A stretch of DNA of 64,000 nt. Origin: Pyrinomonadales bacterium (GTDB taxonomy: Bacteria > Acidobacteriota > Blastocatellia > Pyrinomonadales > Pyrinomonadaceae). The stretch spans positions 130,465 through 194,464 of the forward strand of contig JBBRYS010000010.1 in assembly GCA_038237475.1 (NCBI GenBank). The letters are read 5' to 3'. Below, one piece after another: positions 36,718 through 47,582 of this stretch; within the stretch, counting starts at the first letter, position 1; the number at the start of each line of letters is the position of its first letter. A program made the position numbers and the translations under genes. A model generated the notes under the pieces. It was not told the origin of the DNA and searched no databases. It saw only the letters and a program-made list of their open reading frames with translations.

Positions 36718-39018
36718 CTAGATTCCTCCGCAATCCACATTACTTGAAGTCACGATCGGACTGAACCGCAGTTGATACTCCGCCGAAGTGATAAACGAGC
36801 ACACCATCCCGCGGAAATTGTTTGGCTGACTGTTCAGCACGCCGAGCCAGAAATTGTAACCGCCCTGATCCGGATTGCGTCGCAGGTAACCAAAATACTG
36901 CATCGAGACAAAAGCTGCGTTGTACTCACGCTGCCGGAACAACTGGTTTTCGGCGACGGTCTTCAACACACCGGCGCGATCCACCGAACCGTTCGCCAGG
37001 CCGGCAACCAAATTATCGCGCTCTGCCTGACTCAGCGAACCGCCGGTCTTCGCGTTTAGCTGCTCGACGTATGAACCAGCCGACATGCCTGCAGGATAAA
37101 GAGCAGTGAAGGCGGGACGAGTAACAAAATCCGCCGCCAGGGCGAGTTTACTGGCGTCGAGATTATTGTTGGCAACCACGCGACCCCGGTCCGCGATGAA
37201 CTCTGCGAACGACGGAGCTCTTCCCAGCGAAGCTCTGTAGAGGCGATATACGTAATAACCCGTCTCCTGGAATTCCGACTCGACAAAGTAAGCCGCGCTC
37301 ACCGTCGTATGATTAGTAGTTAGACAAGCGCGGTCGCCGCCACACGGAGTCAACAAGCCACTCCAGTAATCCAACCCGCCACTATCAGCTTCGCGATTAA
37401 GAAAATCGAGGTAATGCTGCCGCACAAAAAACGGCGCACTATCAAGCGGATTAGTTGTCGGTATCGCTACATCGTTATCGATGATAGTGACCGTAGCCGA
37501 GACTGGATTGCCCAGCACTGAACCGGAGCCCGGATTGTTCAGCGACACATTAAAGGTTTCGTCCCCTTCAACATAAAGATCGTCAATCAGGAGCACTCGA
37601 AATGTCTTGCTGGTTTCGCCGGCGGCAAAACTCATGGTCCGGATCACCGTCATATAGTCGGTGCGGGCCGAAGCAGTTCCATTCGAAGTCATGTAATCCA
37701 CCGTGGCGGCACTGGTCGCATCGCCGCCGCGCGTGATGGTGATGACGACGCTGCCTGCGCCTTCTCCAGCCGCATACGCGTTCGCGCTCAACTGAATCGT
37801 CGCGGGACTGGCAACTGCCACCAAACAAGTCGAGTTGGGGGCCAGATAGTTATTCATCTCATCGAGTGAGAACTGGCAGAAGTCAAAAGTTGAGCCGACC
37901 ATGCTGTTCATGATTGTGTCGGCACAGGCGCTGACCGGTGGAGATTGCTGATCCGGATGAGAAGCACCAAAGTTGTGGCCTATCTCGTGGGCCGTAATCG
38001 CGCTCTTGAAGCTGTCGGCGAAGCGTTCTGAGACTCCATATGAATGCGCGATGTCATTACAGACCGTGCTCATCCATGCGATACCGGCGATGTCGCCTTC
38101 CATGGGCCGATTGGTCCAAAGGTGCGCCAGATCGCGTGGCTGTCCGGCCAGGTTGGCGTTCCAATAGTTGGTGAACTCATGGAGCATTTGCACGGCATCG
38201 GTGGCGCTGTAAGGATCCGCGCTGGTGGCCCAGCTGTGTTGGTAGGAAATATTGAAAGTGATTCCCATCCGCTGGCGATAGACGCCGTCTACCTGGTTCA
38301 TGATGCCGAGAATTTCCGCATTGGCTGCTGCCGAGCTGCCAAAATACGAGACGTAGTCATAATCCGCTTCCGTAGCCAGATCAGCCTGGCGCAGAGTTGT
38401 CGCGGCCATCGCCTGACTTGCTCTGGGCGCGAGTTGCACGACCTCCGATTGCAAACGCGCATCAAGGATAGCGGCGCATGAACCGCGCGCACCTGCGATC
38501 ACATCCGAACTCTTGTAGAGCGCGTAGTCGTTCGGCGCCGCAGCCTTATCAAAATTACGCAGCGGCTCAACGTAATAGAATTCGTCGGCCGTGATGATGA
38601 CTCCTTCGACCTTGTCGTCCGTAATGGAAAAGCGAGCCTCAGCGCCAGGGTAGCCGCTCACCGTGCCGCGAAAAGTTCGCGCTGGGCCATCCATCCTTAC
38701 CATCTGCACGGCGCCGCCGTTGCCGACTTCTTCGGCACGGTAGTTGGCGGTACGCAGGTCGTGAGGCTCGAGCTGCAAAACAAATTGCTGCTCAACTGGG
38801 TTCAGAGAGATTCGGCCATCTTCCCTGACCTGGCGAGCGATATCGCCGGCATCGAGTTGCAGTGACTGGTACCGGCGCACCAGCCTGTCAATCTCCTGCA
38901 CCGGAACGGGGCTTACATTCGCCCCTGAAAGTGTCGGGCGCGCAATCGCTATTGTGGCAATGATGACGGCGCAGAAAACAGCGATCAAAAAAACCCGAGA
39001 ACCCCTGGGAACATTCAT
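36718..39018 (-). CDS. secreted reprolysin-like (M12B-type) zinc metalloprotease with Calx-beta and DUF4214 C-terminal domains
   Basis: Has a signal anchor and the zinc motif ITAHEIGHNFGASHPD. A Calx-beta-like block follows (IQLSANAYAAGEGAGSVVITITRGG...FAAGETSKTFRVLLIDD). DUF4214 motifs are FVRQHYLDFLNREADSGGLDYW and YFGYLRRNPDQGGYNFW...MVCSFITSAEYQLRF. Confidence 0.85.
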   Translation of the reverse strand: MNVPRGSRVFLIAVFCAVIIATIAIARPTLSGANVSPVPVQEIDRLVRRYQSLQLDAGDIARQVREDGRISLNPVEQQFVLQLEPHDLRTANYRAEEVGNGGAVQMVRMDGPARTFRGTVSGYPGAEARFSITDDKVEGVIITADEFYYVEPLRNFDKAAAPNDYALYKSSDVIAGARGSCAAILDARLQSEVVQLAPRASQAMAATTLRQADLATEADYDYVSYFGSSAAANAEILGIMNQVDGVYRQRMGITFNISYQHSWATSADPYSATDAVQMLHEFTNYWNANLAGQPRDLAHLWTNRPMEGDIAGIAWMSTVCNDIAHSYGVSERFADSFKSAITAHEIGHNFGASHPDQQSPPVSACADTIMNSMVGSTFDFCQFSLDEMNNYLAPNSTCLVAVASPATIQLSANAYAAGEGAGSVVITITRGGDATSAATVDYMTSNGTASARTDYMTVIRTMSFAAGETSKTFRVLLIDDLYVEGDETFNVSLNNPGSGSVLGNPVSATVTIIDNDVAIPTTNPLDSAPFFVRQHYLDFLNREADSGGLDYWSGLLTPCGGDRACLTTNHTTVSAAYFVESEFQETGYYVYRLYRASLGRAPSFAEFIADRGRVVANNNLDASKLALAADFVTRPAFTALYPAGMSAGSYVEQLNAKTGGSLSQAERDNLVAGLANGSVDRAGVLKTVAENQLFRQREYNAAFVSMQYFGYLRRNPDQGGYNFWLGVLNSQPNNFRGMVCSFITSAEYQLRFSPIVTSSNVDCGGI

Positions 39019-39188
39019 AGTTTTGGCTCAGCTTATTGCGAGAGAGAGTCTGAAATTGAAACGCGCCCAGCAGAATTCAATCTGCGAGGAAAGGATCTTT
39101 AGTGTTTGGAGAGGTTAAAGCCGGGGAAGCTCATCGGCGCCAGCAAATCAAGCGCGGGTTTTAGAATAAGAAAGCGCTGCCGTCCCTG

Positions 39189-40226
39189 TCAACCAGAAAA
39201 CCTCTCCGGCGTGGATGACAGCAGGTGGACGGCAAAAGTGGCCAGCCAATGTTCACCCTCATAGTGACCGCTGAAGACTTGCTCGAGTCCGGCCCGTGCA
39301 TGTACATCTGCGGCGCTCATTAAACCGGTCGCGGCCGGATTGTCCGGTCCCAGCGCCCGACCGATATTCTGCATACACCAGGCCCGGCTGAGGTTCAGGC
39401 CATCGAGATGAACAAACTTTCCGTCACGGCGATCAGTCAAGGTTGCCGGAACAAACAAATTCTTCGGTTCGCCGGACGCTATGGTTGGCAGAAAGCTTCG
39501 AAACCAAACCGCGAATTCAGTCGGAGAAAGAACTCGCCGCATTAGATCAGCCTCGATCAGCGCGGGGGAAAAAAAGTCTTCGCCGCTGGGTTCCCAACTC
39601 GCCGCCGCATAGTTTTTATCCCCCAGAAAATAATTTCGGCTGCGCTCTTCAATCAGGCGGGCCAATTCTTCGTGACGAACGACCCGCGCGTAGTCAAGGG
39701 CGAACGAAAGGCCAAAAGCAGTGTTGGGGTGGACACCGGTGCGAATCGGATAGACTTGCTTTGGCAGAAAATCGAGGTACCGTGCGACGACGGCCTCGAC
39801 CAGGGGCGCAAGATTTTCTGACCATGCTCGAGCATCGTCTGAGTCACCGTCTGCCAGTTCTTCCGCCAGCTTAAGTAGCCAGGCCCAGCCATACGTTCTT
39901 TCGAACAGCTCACGGCCGGGTTGCTGGAAATACTCAGCTTCGGCGCGCAGGTTTTCCCGGGACAGAGATTCGTTCAGCACGATCCGGATCTCAACAGCTT
40001 CCGGCAGTTCAGGATAGAGCCTTAGCAGGTGGACCAGCAGCCAGTGTCCATGCACCGCTGAATGCCAGTCAAAACAGCCATAGAACGCCGGGTGCAGCTC
40101 GCGCGGAGTTCTTACATCGCCTTGATCAAACAACACGTGATCAAGCTTGTTCGGGTATTCCCTGCGAATACAGCGCAGGACGAGCCCGGCAAAATCAGAG
40201 TTGTAGGCTGAAAGCTTTTCTCTCAT
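39189..40226 (-). CDS. DUF2891 family protein
   Basis: Lies in ORF 39189..40277. The ATG at 40226 forms an ATGA overlap with the stop of the upstream DUF979 gene. The motif REYPNKLDHVL...HPAFYGCFDWHSAVHGHW matches my memory of DUF2891. Confidence 0.6.
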   Translation of the reverse strand: MREKLSAYNSDFAGLVLRCIRREYPNKLDHVLFDQGDVRTPRELHPAFYGCFDWHSAVHGHWLLVHLLRLYPELPEAVEIRIVLNESLSRENLRAEAEYFQQPGRELFERTYGWAWLLKLAEELADGDSDDARAWSENLAPLVEAVVARYLDFLPKQVYPIRTGVHPNTAFGLSFALDYARVVRHEELARLIEERSRNYFLGDKNYAAASWEPSGEDFFSPALIEADLMRRVLSPTEFAVWFRSFLPTIASGEPKNLFVPATLTDRRDGKFVHLDGLNLSRAWCMQNIGRALGPDNPAATGLMSAADVHARAGLEQVFSGHYEGEHWLATFAVHLLSSTPERFSG

Positions 40227-41197
40227 CAAAAGTGCAGACGTATCATCAGCCACATCACTAATACGTGGGCAGTCCATATCGTTAACGCAAACGGAACCTG
40301 GAACTTGATAACGCCATACTGATCGCGCATGTCCAGCAATGCCGTGGGCACGATATTAAAGTTCGCGGCCATCGGCGTCATTAGGGTGCCGGTCGAGCCC
40401 GCAGTCAAAGTCACAATCGCCACCATGGCCGGGTCGACGCCAAACGGTTGAATGATCAGGGGAACCAGCACACCCGCGGCGATCACCGGAAACGCAGCAA
40501 ACGAGTTACCCATAACCATTGTGAACAACGCCATACCCAGGCAGTTGGCAACGATCAGGAGGAAAAGATTCTGCCCAGGAATAGCCCGGTGAATGCCCTG
40601 GGCCATTAAATCGCCGATCTTACTGGCCGTGAAAATGACCCCGAGTGAGGCCAGCAAGGCGGGCAGAATGTTGACTGCACCCATCGCATCATTCAGACGC
40701 CTGCCTTCCAGGAGGGCTTCGCGCAAGGTTCCGCCGGTAATAATCAACCCCACCAGCACGGCGATAATGCCACTGAAGCCGAGACCAATCAGTGCGCCAT
40801 CGTTGGAGCTGAAACCCAGCCAGCGAAACACGAGGGCAAAGGAAAACGTAACGATCGGAATGGAAAGCACTAACAGAAATATCCTGTTGCCGATTGATGT
40901 TACCTTGGATCTGGCCTGCCCCGACTGCGTCACCTTTGCGGCCGCCGCGCTGCGACTTACACGGCCGGCCCCATCAATGCCGACCATTACTAAAACCAGC
41001 AAGCCTGCAATCGATGTCGGTAGAATGCTGCCGAAAACAAAAATGATTCCCAACACAAACCAAAAGAGCGCTGTACCGATGCGGTGCTCGTTACTGCGGT
41101 CTCGCAGGTTCACTCCAGCAAAAATGAACAGCAAGACCCCGGTCATCACGTAGACCGCATTTAGTGTGAAGATGGTTGAAGTGAGGCCTGTCATCAC
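40226..41197 (-). CDS. DUF979 family integral membrane protein
   Basis: A 323-aa polytopic membrane protein with a 4-bp overlap with the upstream DUF969-like gene. This is the classical DUF969/DUF979 gene pair. Confidence 0.65.
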   Translation of the reverse strand: MMTGLTSTIFTLNAVYVMTGVLLFIFAGVNLRDRSNEHRIGTALFWFVLGIIFVFGSILPTSIAGLLVLVMVGIDGAGRVSRSAAAAKVTQSGQARSKVTSIGNRIFLLVLSIPIVTFSFALVFRWLGFSSNDGALIGLGFSGIIAVLVGLIITGGTLREALLEGRRLNDAMGAVNILPALLASLGVIFTASKIGDLMAQGIHRAIPGQNLFLLIVANCLGMALFTMVMGNSFAAFPVIAAGVLVPLIIQPFGVDPAMVAIVTLTAGSTGTLMTPMAANFNIVPTALLDMRDQYGVIKFQVPFALTIWTAHVLVMWLMIRLHF

Positions 41198-41964
41198 CGC
41201 TCCTGAGCCCTCTCGTGCGCGGTTAATCGCTTTCGTTCCCTGACATCAAGCCACCAGAATTGCATTGCTGCAATGCCCACCGAGAGGGTGGTGATCGGGA
41301 TCGCGTATAGGACTAATTTCCAGACGCTGACCGTGTAGCCCAGTCCCTTCATCACACCATAGACGAGCAGGATCCCCGGCAACACCGGTGAAAGATTCTG
41401 ACCATAAAAATTTCCGTAGTTTTCACTCGCGGCATTCGCAGCTTTGATCTCTTCCACGACCTGTACCGGAAGAACATCGACAGTCCGGGCCCGCGCGGTC
41501 GCCTCTGCGGCGCCCAATGACATGGGAAACATCAAAGGCCTGACAAACGCCGGGTGTCCATTCAATCTGATCCCCAGGATTCCCATCAGCACCCGAAACA
41601 ACTGGAAGATAATAAGTAGCCTGCCTACTGATGCTGCCTTGATGCGACGAACGAAGCTGGCAGCCTGTTCCTGCAGTCCGTACCTTTCGGCCAATCCGAT
41701 CGCCGGCAGGGTCAGGATAAAAAGCGTCATCAAGCGATTTTCGACAAAAGCCCGGCCGAGCATATTGATGATGCCTTCCTGGCCGGTTTTGGTCAGATAG
41801 GGCAGGCCTTGAACCAGACCCTGGCTGGAAAGTAGTGGCAATCCCGCGAGCAAACCGGTAACGAGGCCGGCTGTCACAACGACCAGCGTGGTGCGCAATC
41901 GCAGAGCCAGGCCAACAACTACAATCGCTATGCCCGCGAGTTTGAATAGTTCAGGTATCTGCAA
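41194..41964 (-). CDS. DUF969 family integral membrane protein (start uncertain)
   Basis: Lies in ORF 41194..42189. The N-terminal 75 codons overlap the upstream secreted-protein gene and look non-coding. TTG at 41964 gives [41 protein letters not shown], like DUF969 N-termini. Confidence 0.55.
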   Translation of the reverse strand: MQIPELFKLAGIAIVVVGLALRLRTTLVVVTAGLVTGLLAGLPLLSSQGLVQGLPYLTKTGQEGIINMLGRAFVENRLMTLFILTLPAIGLAERYGLQEQAASFVRRIKAASVGRLLIIFQLFRVLMGILGIRLNGHPAFVRPLMFPMSLGAAEATARARTVDVLPVQVVEEIKAANAASENYGNFYGQNLSPVLPGILLVYGVMKGLGYTVSVWKLVLYAIPITTLSVGIAAMQFWWLDVRERKRLTAHERAQER

Positions 41965-42076
41965 ATTAAATTGGCGTGCGCGCCACGAAATTGACGCATC
42001 CCTGCGTACCGGATCTGCGAAAGAAATCTTAGTTATCCAGGCTTTGGTGCGCTTCGAGCTTTTACTATCAAACCAA

Positions 42077-42772
42077 CTAAAGACTGCGGCACATTTCCGG
42101 GCCCCAGGGCAGGGCGACGGCGCGCCGGTAGGACAATCCAATTTCCGCGAAGTTCCAGTCCTTGCGTTGCCAAATCGAACCGTCCGCATATTCGACTCGA
42201 TTCACCACAACCCTTTCCTGAGCTGCGTTGCTCGACTTGTTTGAGAGCGAGTCAACACTCACTACTTCGCTGGGACCAGAGACGCTAAAGGCCCGCACTT
42301 CTTTTGCCTTATCTGGTTTGATACTTACGCCACAAAGAAACTGCCGCCGGACAGTGTTGGCAGGATTGCTTGAGTCGATGAATTGATATTCCCAGAAGAT
42401 GATATCCACGACTCTGGCGCTCCTGTTCTGTAGCCTTGCCTGAAAAGAAAAACCATCAACGGGTTTACTTTGAGGCCGCCGCGATTCCTGCACGATCTTT
42501 TCAATCGCCGCGCTGCGCCCGTCAATCGTGTCTTCATTTGGATCTCGTGCCCCAGCCGGCAGATTAACCCTGGCGTTTCTCGGGTAATTCTTGTTTTCGG
42601 GAATCATGGCCCGCGCAGGAACGTTGTCGGGCACAGACTGATCATCGATGGCTTGACGACTCTTTTGGTACTTGAAGGCAATGACCTCCAGCGGGTTCCG
42701 CATCTCAGAGCCAGGAGTTTGAAGGGGAACACCAGACGATAGAAACAGCCACAAGATGAGTAGACCTTTCAT
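42077..42772 (-). CDS. hypothetical secreted protein
   Basis: The 231-aa ORF has the signal peptide [22 protein letters not shown] recognise no family. Confidence 0.6.
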   Translation of the reverse strand: MKGLLILWLFLSSGVPLQTPGSEMRNPLEVIAFKYQKSRQAIDDQSVPDNVPARAMIPENKNYPRNARVNLPAGARDPNEDTIDGRSAAIEKIVQESRRPQSKPVDGFSFQARLQNRSARVVDIIFWEYQFIDSSNPANTVRRQFLCGVSIKPDKAKEVRAFSVSGPSEVVSVDSLSNKSSNAAQERVVVNRVEYADGSIWQRKDWNFAEIGLSYRRAVALPWGPEMCRSL

Positions 42773-42989
42773 ATCGATCTCCGCTTGACGTTTCTGATAA
42801 CCTCGTCACATGTAAGGAAGTAGTGTGCCTGTTATTCCAGTTAAGGTAACGATAATTAACCACGCTACCGCTGTCAATAAAAGTGGGGGAAGTATTAGCC
42901 TCGCTTACTGGAATTCGGTCAAGACCAACAGCGTTTTGGCCAGATTGCTCAGAAGCTCCTCTCTATAGTGGACCGTAGCCTTCGACCGA

Positions 42990-43611
42990 TTACTGGCCTG
43001 CGGTCGAATTTTCCTTGTGTGCCTTGATCTCAGCACTGACGCGGTCAAAACAGTCGGGACAGATCCCGTGACTAAACTCAACCTCAGTCCGATCGGAAAC
43101 ATAGGTATCGACTCTTTGCCAGTAATTCTGATCGTCGCGAATTTTTTTACAATAGGAACAGATCGGCAGCAGACCCTGCAGCTGTTTGACCTGGGAAAGT
43201 GCCTGTTCGAGTTCCTGAACGCGATCGGCAAGCACGCGCTGCAACTCAATCATCTGCACTCCGACCTCAACTCTGACTCGCAATTCCTCCCGATGGAAAG
43301 GCTTAGTCGGGTAGTGTTGGCGCCAGCCTGCAGCCCGCGCACTACATCGTCTTTAGTGCTCATGGCACTCAGCAAAATGACGTAGGGAGGAATGGCGAAA
43401 GACAGTCGCGCACTCTGCGACAAACTTCACAGCCGTCTAGTTCCGGCATCATGATATCCAGAATTGCCAGGGAGGGGGCGTCGGGCTCTCGCAAAACGTC
43501 CCACGCCAGTTGCGCGTTGGTGGCAACCAAAGCTTCGTGGCCCCAGCTGGCGAGCGATCGTTCCAGAATGCGGCAGGACACCGGATCGTCTTCGGCGATC
43601 AAAATTTTCAT
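42990..43611 (-). pseudogene. response regulator (REC + coiled coil + Cys4 C-terminal module) disrupted by two frameshifts
   Basis: Frame A (43611-43369) reads MKILIAEDDPVSCRILERSL...ILDIMMPELDGCEVCRRVR. Frame B continues PPYVILLSAMSTKDDVVRGLQAGAN. Frame C (to 42990) continues YPTKPFHREELRVRVEVG...LPICSYCKKIRDDQNYWQRVDTYVSDRTEVEFSHGICPDCF. The shifts lie near 43403-43408 and 43314-43317. Confidence 0.8.
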
Positions 43612-44050
43612 AGCCGTGACCCTCGACGTTCAGACTTGAGTGTCCTTTCGCTCATTTGATTAGCCGCCTTGATTTTGATGCTAATCAGCCGGCAGACGCA
43701 TGACGAAGTCCCCCTCGCGGCAGCGTGCGGCAACTAATGAACCGCCGGGCCGAAGGTATTCTTTGACAACACCGCTGAGACTCCAGTGTCGAAGTCGGCC
43801 TTCCTTCGAATATCACGGGGAGACTGTTTAAGCACCTGAAACATTTCCAAAATTCAAATCCAGCCTGGAAGGGCTTCTGCAAACGCAAAAGGTAGTTTCG
43901 AGGAAAACTCTTAAAGCGAACGAGACGGGACGGCACGAATATATGCTATTCCCAGGCAGGAACCAATTGCGGTTCACGCGGGAGTTTAGGAGCAAGAGGA
44001 AAACCCGGCTCAAGCCAGTACTCTGAACGCCTGTTAACAAACCAGGCAGA

Positions 44051-46309
44051 TCACTTCTCGAGGCCGGCCGGCATGTTGTCGTGCAGGAACCGTGTCAGGA
44101 GTTCGTAAAGGTGTCGCGACGTATTGGTTCCCGTGCTGATATCGTGGCGCCGGTTCGGATACTCCATCATCGTGAAGGGTTTGTTCGCCGCCACTAGCGC
44201 ATTGATCAGCTTTTCGGTGCTCTGGAAGTGAACGTTATCATCGCCGGAGCCATGCACCACCAACAGCTTGCCTCGCAAACCGTCGACGTAGGTAATCGGC
44301 GAGCCATTCTTATAGTCCTCGGCATTGTCCGTTGGTAAGCCCATGTAGCGCTCTTGATAGATCGTGTCATAGAGAGTTTGATCGCTCACCGGGGCCACCG
44401 ACATCCCTGCGCGGTAGATGTCCGGATGACGAAACATCTGGTTCAAAGTCATTGAGCCGCCACCGCTCCAACCCCAGATGGCAATTCTCGATGGATCCAC
44501 AAAAGGCCAGCCCTGAATCACTTTTGCGGCTGCCGCCTGCTCCCGTGAAGCGAGGCTGCCGATCTGACGATAAACAACTTTTCTCCATGCGCGCCCGCGC
44601 GGCGAGGGAGTACCGCGGTTGTCCACGCTGATTACGATGTAGCCCTGTTGCGCGAGCATCAGGTGCCAGAGTTCATTGTTTCCACCCCAGCGATCCAGAA
44701 CCGTTTGCGCTGCCGGTTCGCCATAGACATGGACCAGGACCGGATAACGTTTGGACGGATCAAAATCGGGTGGCTTGATCATCCAGCCATCGAGCTGAAT
44801 ACCATCGCCGATATCGACGCGGAAAAATTCGCTGGGTCCGCGCTTAATGTTCTTCACTTTTTCGAGCAATGCCGAGTTGGCGGCAAGCGGTCTAACCGAT
44901 GTGTGCTGCGGTAGCCGCACCAGGTCAGTTGCAGCGGGAGTCATGAACGTCGAGTAAGTATGAAATGCCAAACCACCGTGAGGTGAAATGCTGTAAGTGT
45001 GCGTCCCAGGCAAAGACTGTGGGCTCACTCGCTCGGCCGGACCTTTTCCGTCAAGCCGTCCACGGTAAAGATAACGCTGCGTGGGATTATCGGGTGAAGC
45101 GGTGTAATAGAACGAGCCGTCAGCCTCATCGATGTTGTCTACATTCGTGATATCAAAATTGCCAGGGGTGATCAGCCGCACACTTTTGCCGTCGCGGGAA
45201 ATGACGTAGAGATGGCGCCAACCATCGCGTTCGCTGATCCACGTAAAGCTCTTACCACCATCCAGCCATTGGAGATCGCTGACTCTCAGATCCACCCAGG
45301 CATCGTCCTTGTCGGTGAAGACGGTGCGCACTAGTCCGTTGCGCGCATCGGCCAGCATGAGCTCAACCGTGTCCTGCCGGCGGTTAAGGTGCTGCAGGAC
45401 GATCTCGGTCGAGTTGCCGGCCCAATCCATATCTGCGATGTAGTTGTTGCGCGGATCTCCCGGCACCGCTAGCCAGCGCACTTCTCCGCCTCCGGCGCTC
45501 ACGACTCCCACGCGCGCGGAAGAGTTTGTGGTTCCCACCTTCGGATACGGAATCGGTGTCACCTTCGGATAAAGAGAGTCGGTGTTGTTGATGAGATAAA
45601 ACTCGCCAACGCCGGTTGAATCGAGTTGCCAGAAAGCGATCGATTGGCTGTCCGGACTCCAGCGCCAGCCGTCACGTAAATCCAATTCTTCTTCGTAGAC
45701 CCAATCAAAGGTCCCATTGATCAAAACAGGCGAGCCGTTGCTCGTCAATTGGCGAATACCGCCAGTCGCGAGATCCTCCACATAGAGATTGTTGCTGCGC
45801 ACGTAACCGACGCGCCGGCCATCAGGCGAGAACTTCGCAAACATCAGCGTTGCCGGCTCCGCTTTGCCACCGAGTTTTTTCAGCCCCTTGCCGTCGAGAC
45901 CCGCAACCCAATAGTCACCCCTGGTGCGCTGGCGCCATACCTGCTGTGAGTTGGTAAAGATCAGCAGCTGCTTGCCATCCGCAGACCAGACGTAGTCATC
46001 AATCGGGAGAGCTGCGGTCGCACCTGCAGGCACCAGTGTCTTTGCTGCAACCAGGATGCTGCGCTGGCCGGAGTCGGCTTCATAGCGAATGATGTCCTGG
46101 CCACCTTTTACGTCCGCTGCAGGCTCAACAGTAGTGTACGCTCGCCCATCTTCCAACCAACGCGCCGGGCCAAATCTCGCCGCGTCGAAATCGCGATCGG
46201 TAAATATTCGCTTGAGTGTCAGGATGGATGGATCCGGTTGTTGCGCGAACAGTTGGCCGGTGCAGCAAGTCGCCAGTACTACCAGCAGCAATATACGAGA
46301 AATTTTCAT
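44051..46309 (-). CDS. S9B dipeptidyl-peptidase IV family serine peptidase
   Basis: Lies in ORF 44051..46405. ATG at 46309 gives the signal peptide MKISRILLLVVLATCCTGQLFAQ. It has a DPPIV_N-type propeller (WSADGKQLLIF, FDWVYEEEL), the catalytic WGWSGGGSM, and GSGDDNVHFQ. Confidence 0.9.
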   Translation of the reverse strand: MKISRILLLVVLATCCTGQLFAQQPDPSILTLKRIFTDRDFDAARFGPARWLEDGRAYTTVEPAADVKGGQDIIRYEADSGQRSILVAAKTLVPAGATAALPIDDYVWSADGKQLLIFTNSQQVWRQRTRGDYWVAGLDGKGLKKLGGKAEPATLMFAKFSPDGRRVGYVRSNNLYVEDLATGGIRQLTSNGSPVLINGTFDWVYEEELDLRDGWRWSPDSQSIAFWQLDSTGVGEFYLINNTDSLYPKVTPIPYPKVGTTNSSARVGVVSAGGGEVRWLAVPGDPRNNYIADMDWAGNSTEIVLQHLNRRQDTVELMLADARNGLVRTVFTDKDDAWVDLRVSDLQWLDGGKSFTWISERDGWRHLYVISRDGKSVRLITPGNFDITNVDNIDEADGSFYYTASPDNPTQRYLYRGRLDGKGPAERVSPQSLPGTHTYSISPHGGLAFHTYSTFMTPAATDLVRLPQHTSVRPLAANSALLEKVKNIKRGPSEFFRVDIGDGIQLDGWMIKPPDFDPSKRYPVLVHVYGEPAAQTVLDRWGGNNELWHLMLAQQGYIVISVDNRGTPSPRGRAWRKVVYRQIGSLASREQAAAAKVIQGWPFVDPSRIAIWGWSGGGSMTLNQMFRHPDIYRAGMSVAPVSDQTLYDTIYQERYMGLPTDNAEDYKNGSPITYVDGLRGKLLVVHGSGDDNVHFQSTEKLINALVAANKPFTMMEYPNRRHDISTGTNTSRHLYELLTRFLHDNMPAGLEK

Positions 46310-46331
46310 GGGTGACGGTTCCTTCATAGCT

Positions 46332-47432
46332 TTAAATGACAAAGACTGGTTTACCAAGAACTTCAAGACGTGGTTTGATTCCCAGGCCTGGCTCAGCGGA
46401 CGCAACCAGCCGTCCGTGCTTCCTTTGGGGCGCTCCGTCGGCGATGCTCACGGTCACGTAACTATTGAAATCCGTTGACGAGAAAAGTAGGTCGGGTCTC
46501 GTGCTGTGCGCCAGATGAGCGATCGCGGCTGTCACAATGTCACCGCCCCAGGTGTCTTCGATGGTCATCGCGATTCCCAATGAGACACAAAGGTCGCGAA
46601 TCTGCCGCGCCTTTGTCAGTCCCCCAACTTTGGAGATCTTCAAATTGATCACATCCATGGCTTGATCTCCGAAAGCGCGCACAACCATGTGCACGTCGTC
46701 GATCACTTCATCGAGCACGAATGGTCTTGAAGTGTGACGCCGCACGGCCAGGCATTCTTCGTAGCTCATGCAGGGTTGTTCGAGATAGACGTCAGTGTGC
46801 CGCACTGCAGCGGCGATGCGAATCGCCTGGTGCTGACTCCAACCGGTATTCGCATCCGCAATCAATACGTCTCCGGGCTCGAGTTCCGCCGCCGCCATTT
46901 TGATCCGGGCGATGTCGGTATCGGGTTCGCCACCGACCTTCAATTGAAACTTAGTGTAACCCTGCGCACGGTAAGTGCTGATGCTCGCGGCCATCGCTTC
47001 AGGCGTGTCCTGCGAAATCGCGCGATAGAGCGGGAAGTCTTCGCCATAGCGTCCGCCGAGTAACGTCGATATCGATTGGCCGCTTGCCTGACCGAGAATG
47101 TCCCAGCAGGCCACGTCGAGCGCGGACTTAACGTAGGGATGCCCGCGCATGGCCTGGTCCATGCGCTGATTAATCAAGCCAAGTTGCGTTGGATCACAAC
47201 CGAGCAGATGGGGCGCCAGCTCCGCCATACCCGCCCGCGCACCGGCAGCGTAGGCCGGCAGGTAAGCAGCACCGAGCGGGCAGATCTCTCCATAGCCGGT
47301 GATTCCGGAATCTGTCTTCACGGCCACGACTGTCGAATCGAAGACCGACACGCTGTTGCCGCCAGACCATTTGTAGCTGCCTTCATGTAACGGCAGTTCG
47401 ACACGATATCCAGCGATTTCCACTATGCGCAT
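46332..47432 (-). CDS. enolase-superfamily enzyme (mandelate racemase / muconate lactonizing enzyme family)
   Basis: Lies in ORF 46332..47516. ATG at 47432 gives [15 protein letters not shown]. Metal-ligand regions are [15 protein letters not shown] and VLDEVI, with KFQLKVGG and [11 protein letters not shown]. Confidence 0.85.
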   Translation of the reverse strand: MRIVEIAGYRVELPLHEGSYKWSGGNSVSVFDSTVVAVKTDSGITGYGEICPLGAAYLPAYAAGARAGMAELAPHLLGCDPTQLGLINQRMDQAMRGHPYVKSALDVACWDILGQASGQSISTLLGGRYGEDFPLYRAISQDTPEAMAASISTYRAQGYTKFQLKVGGEPDTDIARIKMAAAELEPGDVLIADANTGWSQHQAIRIAAAVRHTDVYLEQPCMSYEECLAVRRHTSRPFVLDEVIDDVHMVVRAFGDQAMDVINLKISKVGGLTKARQIRDLCVSLGIAMTIEDTWGGDIVTAAIAHLAHSTRPDLLFSSTDFNSYVTVSIADGAPQRKHGRLVASAEPGLGIKPRLEVLGKPVFVI

Positions 47433-47582
47433 GAAACAGACTCCCGGGAGAGAAAACGGTTTGCGACCAACTATGTCAGTCGTACGAACGAGCTTGCCTG
47501 GGGAGGCTTCGCTCAATCGCTATTCATGAATGAGACCGATCTTAAACAAGACAGGGAATCGCCTTCTCAGTCTCGCGCCTGC

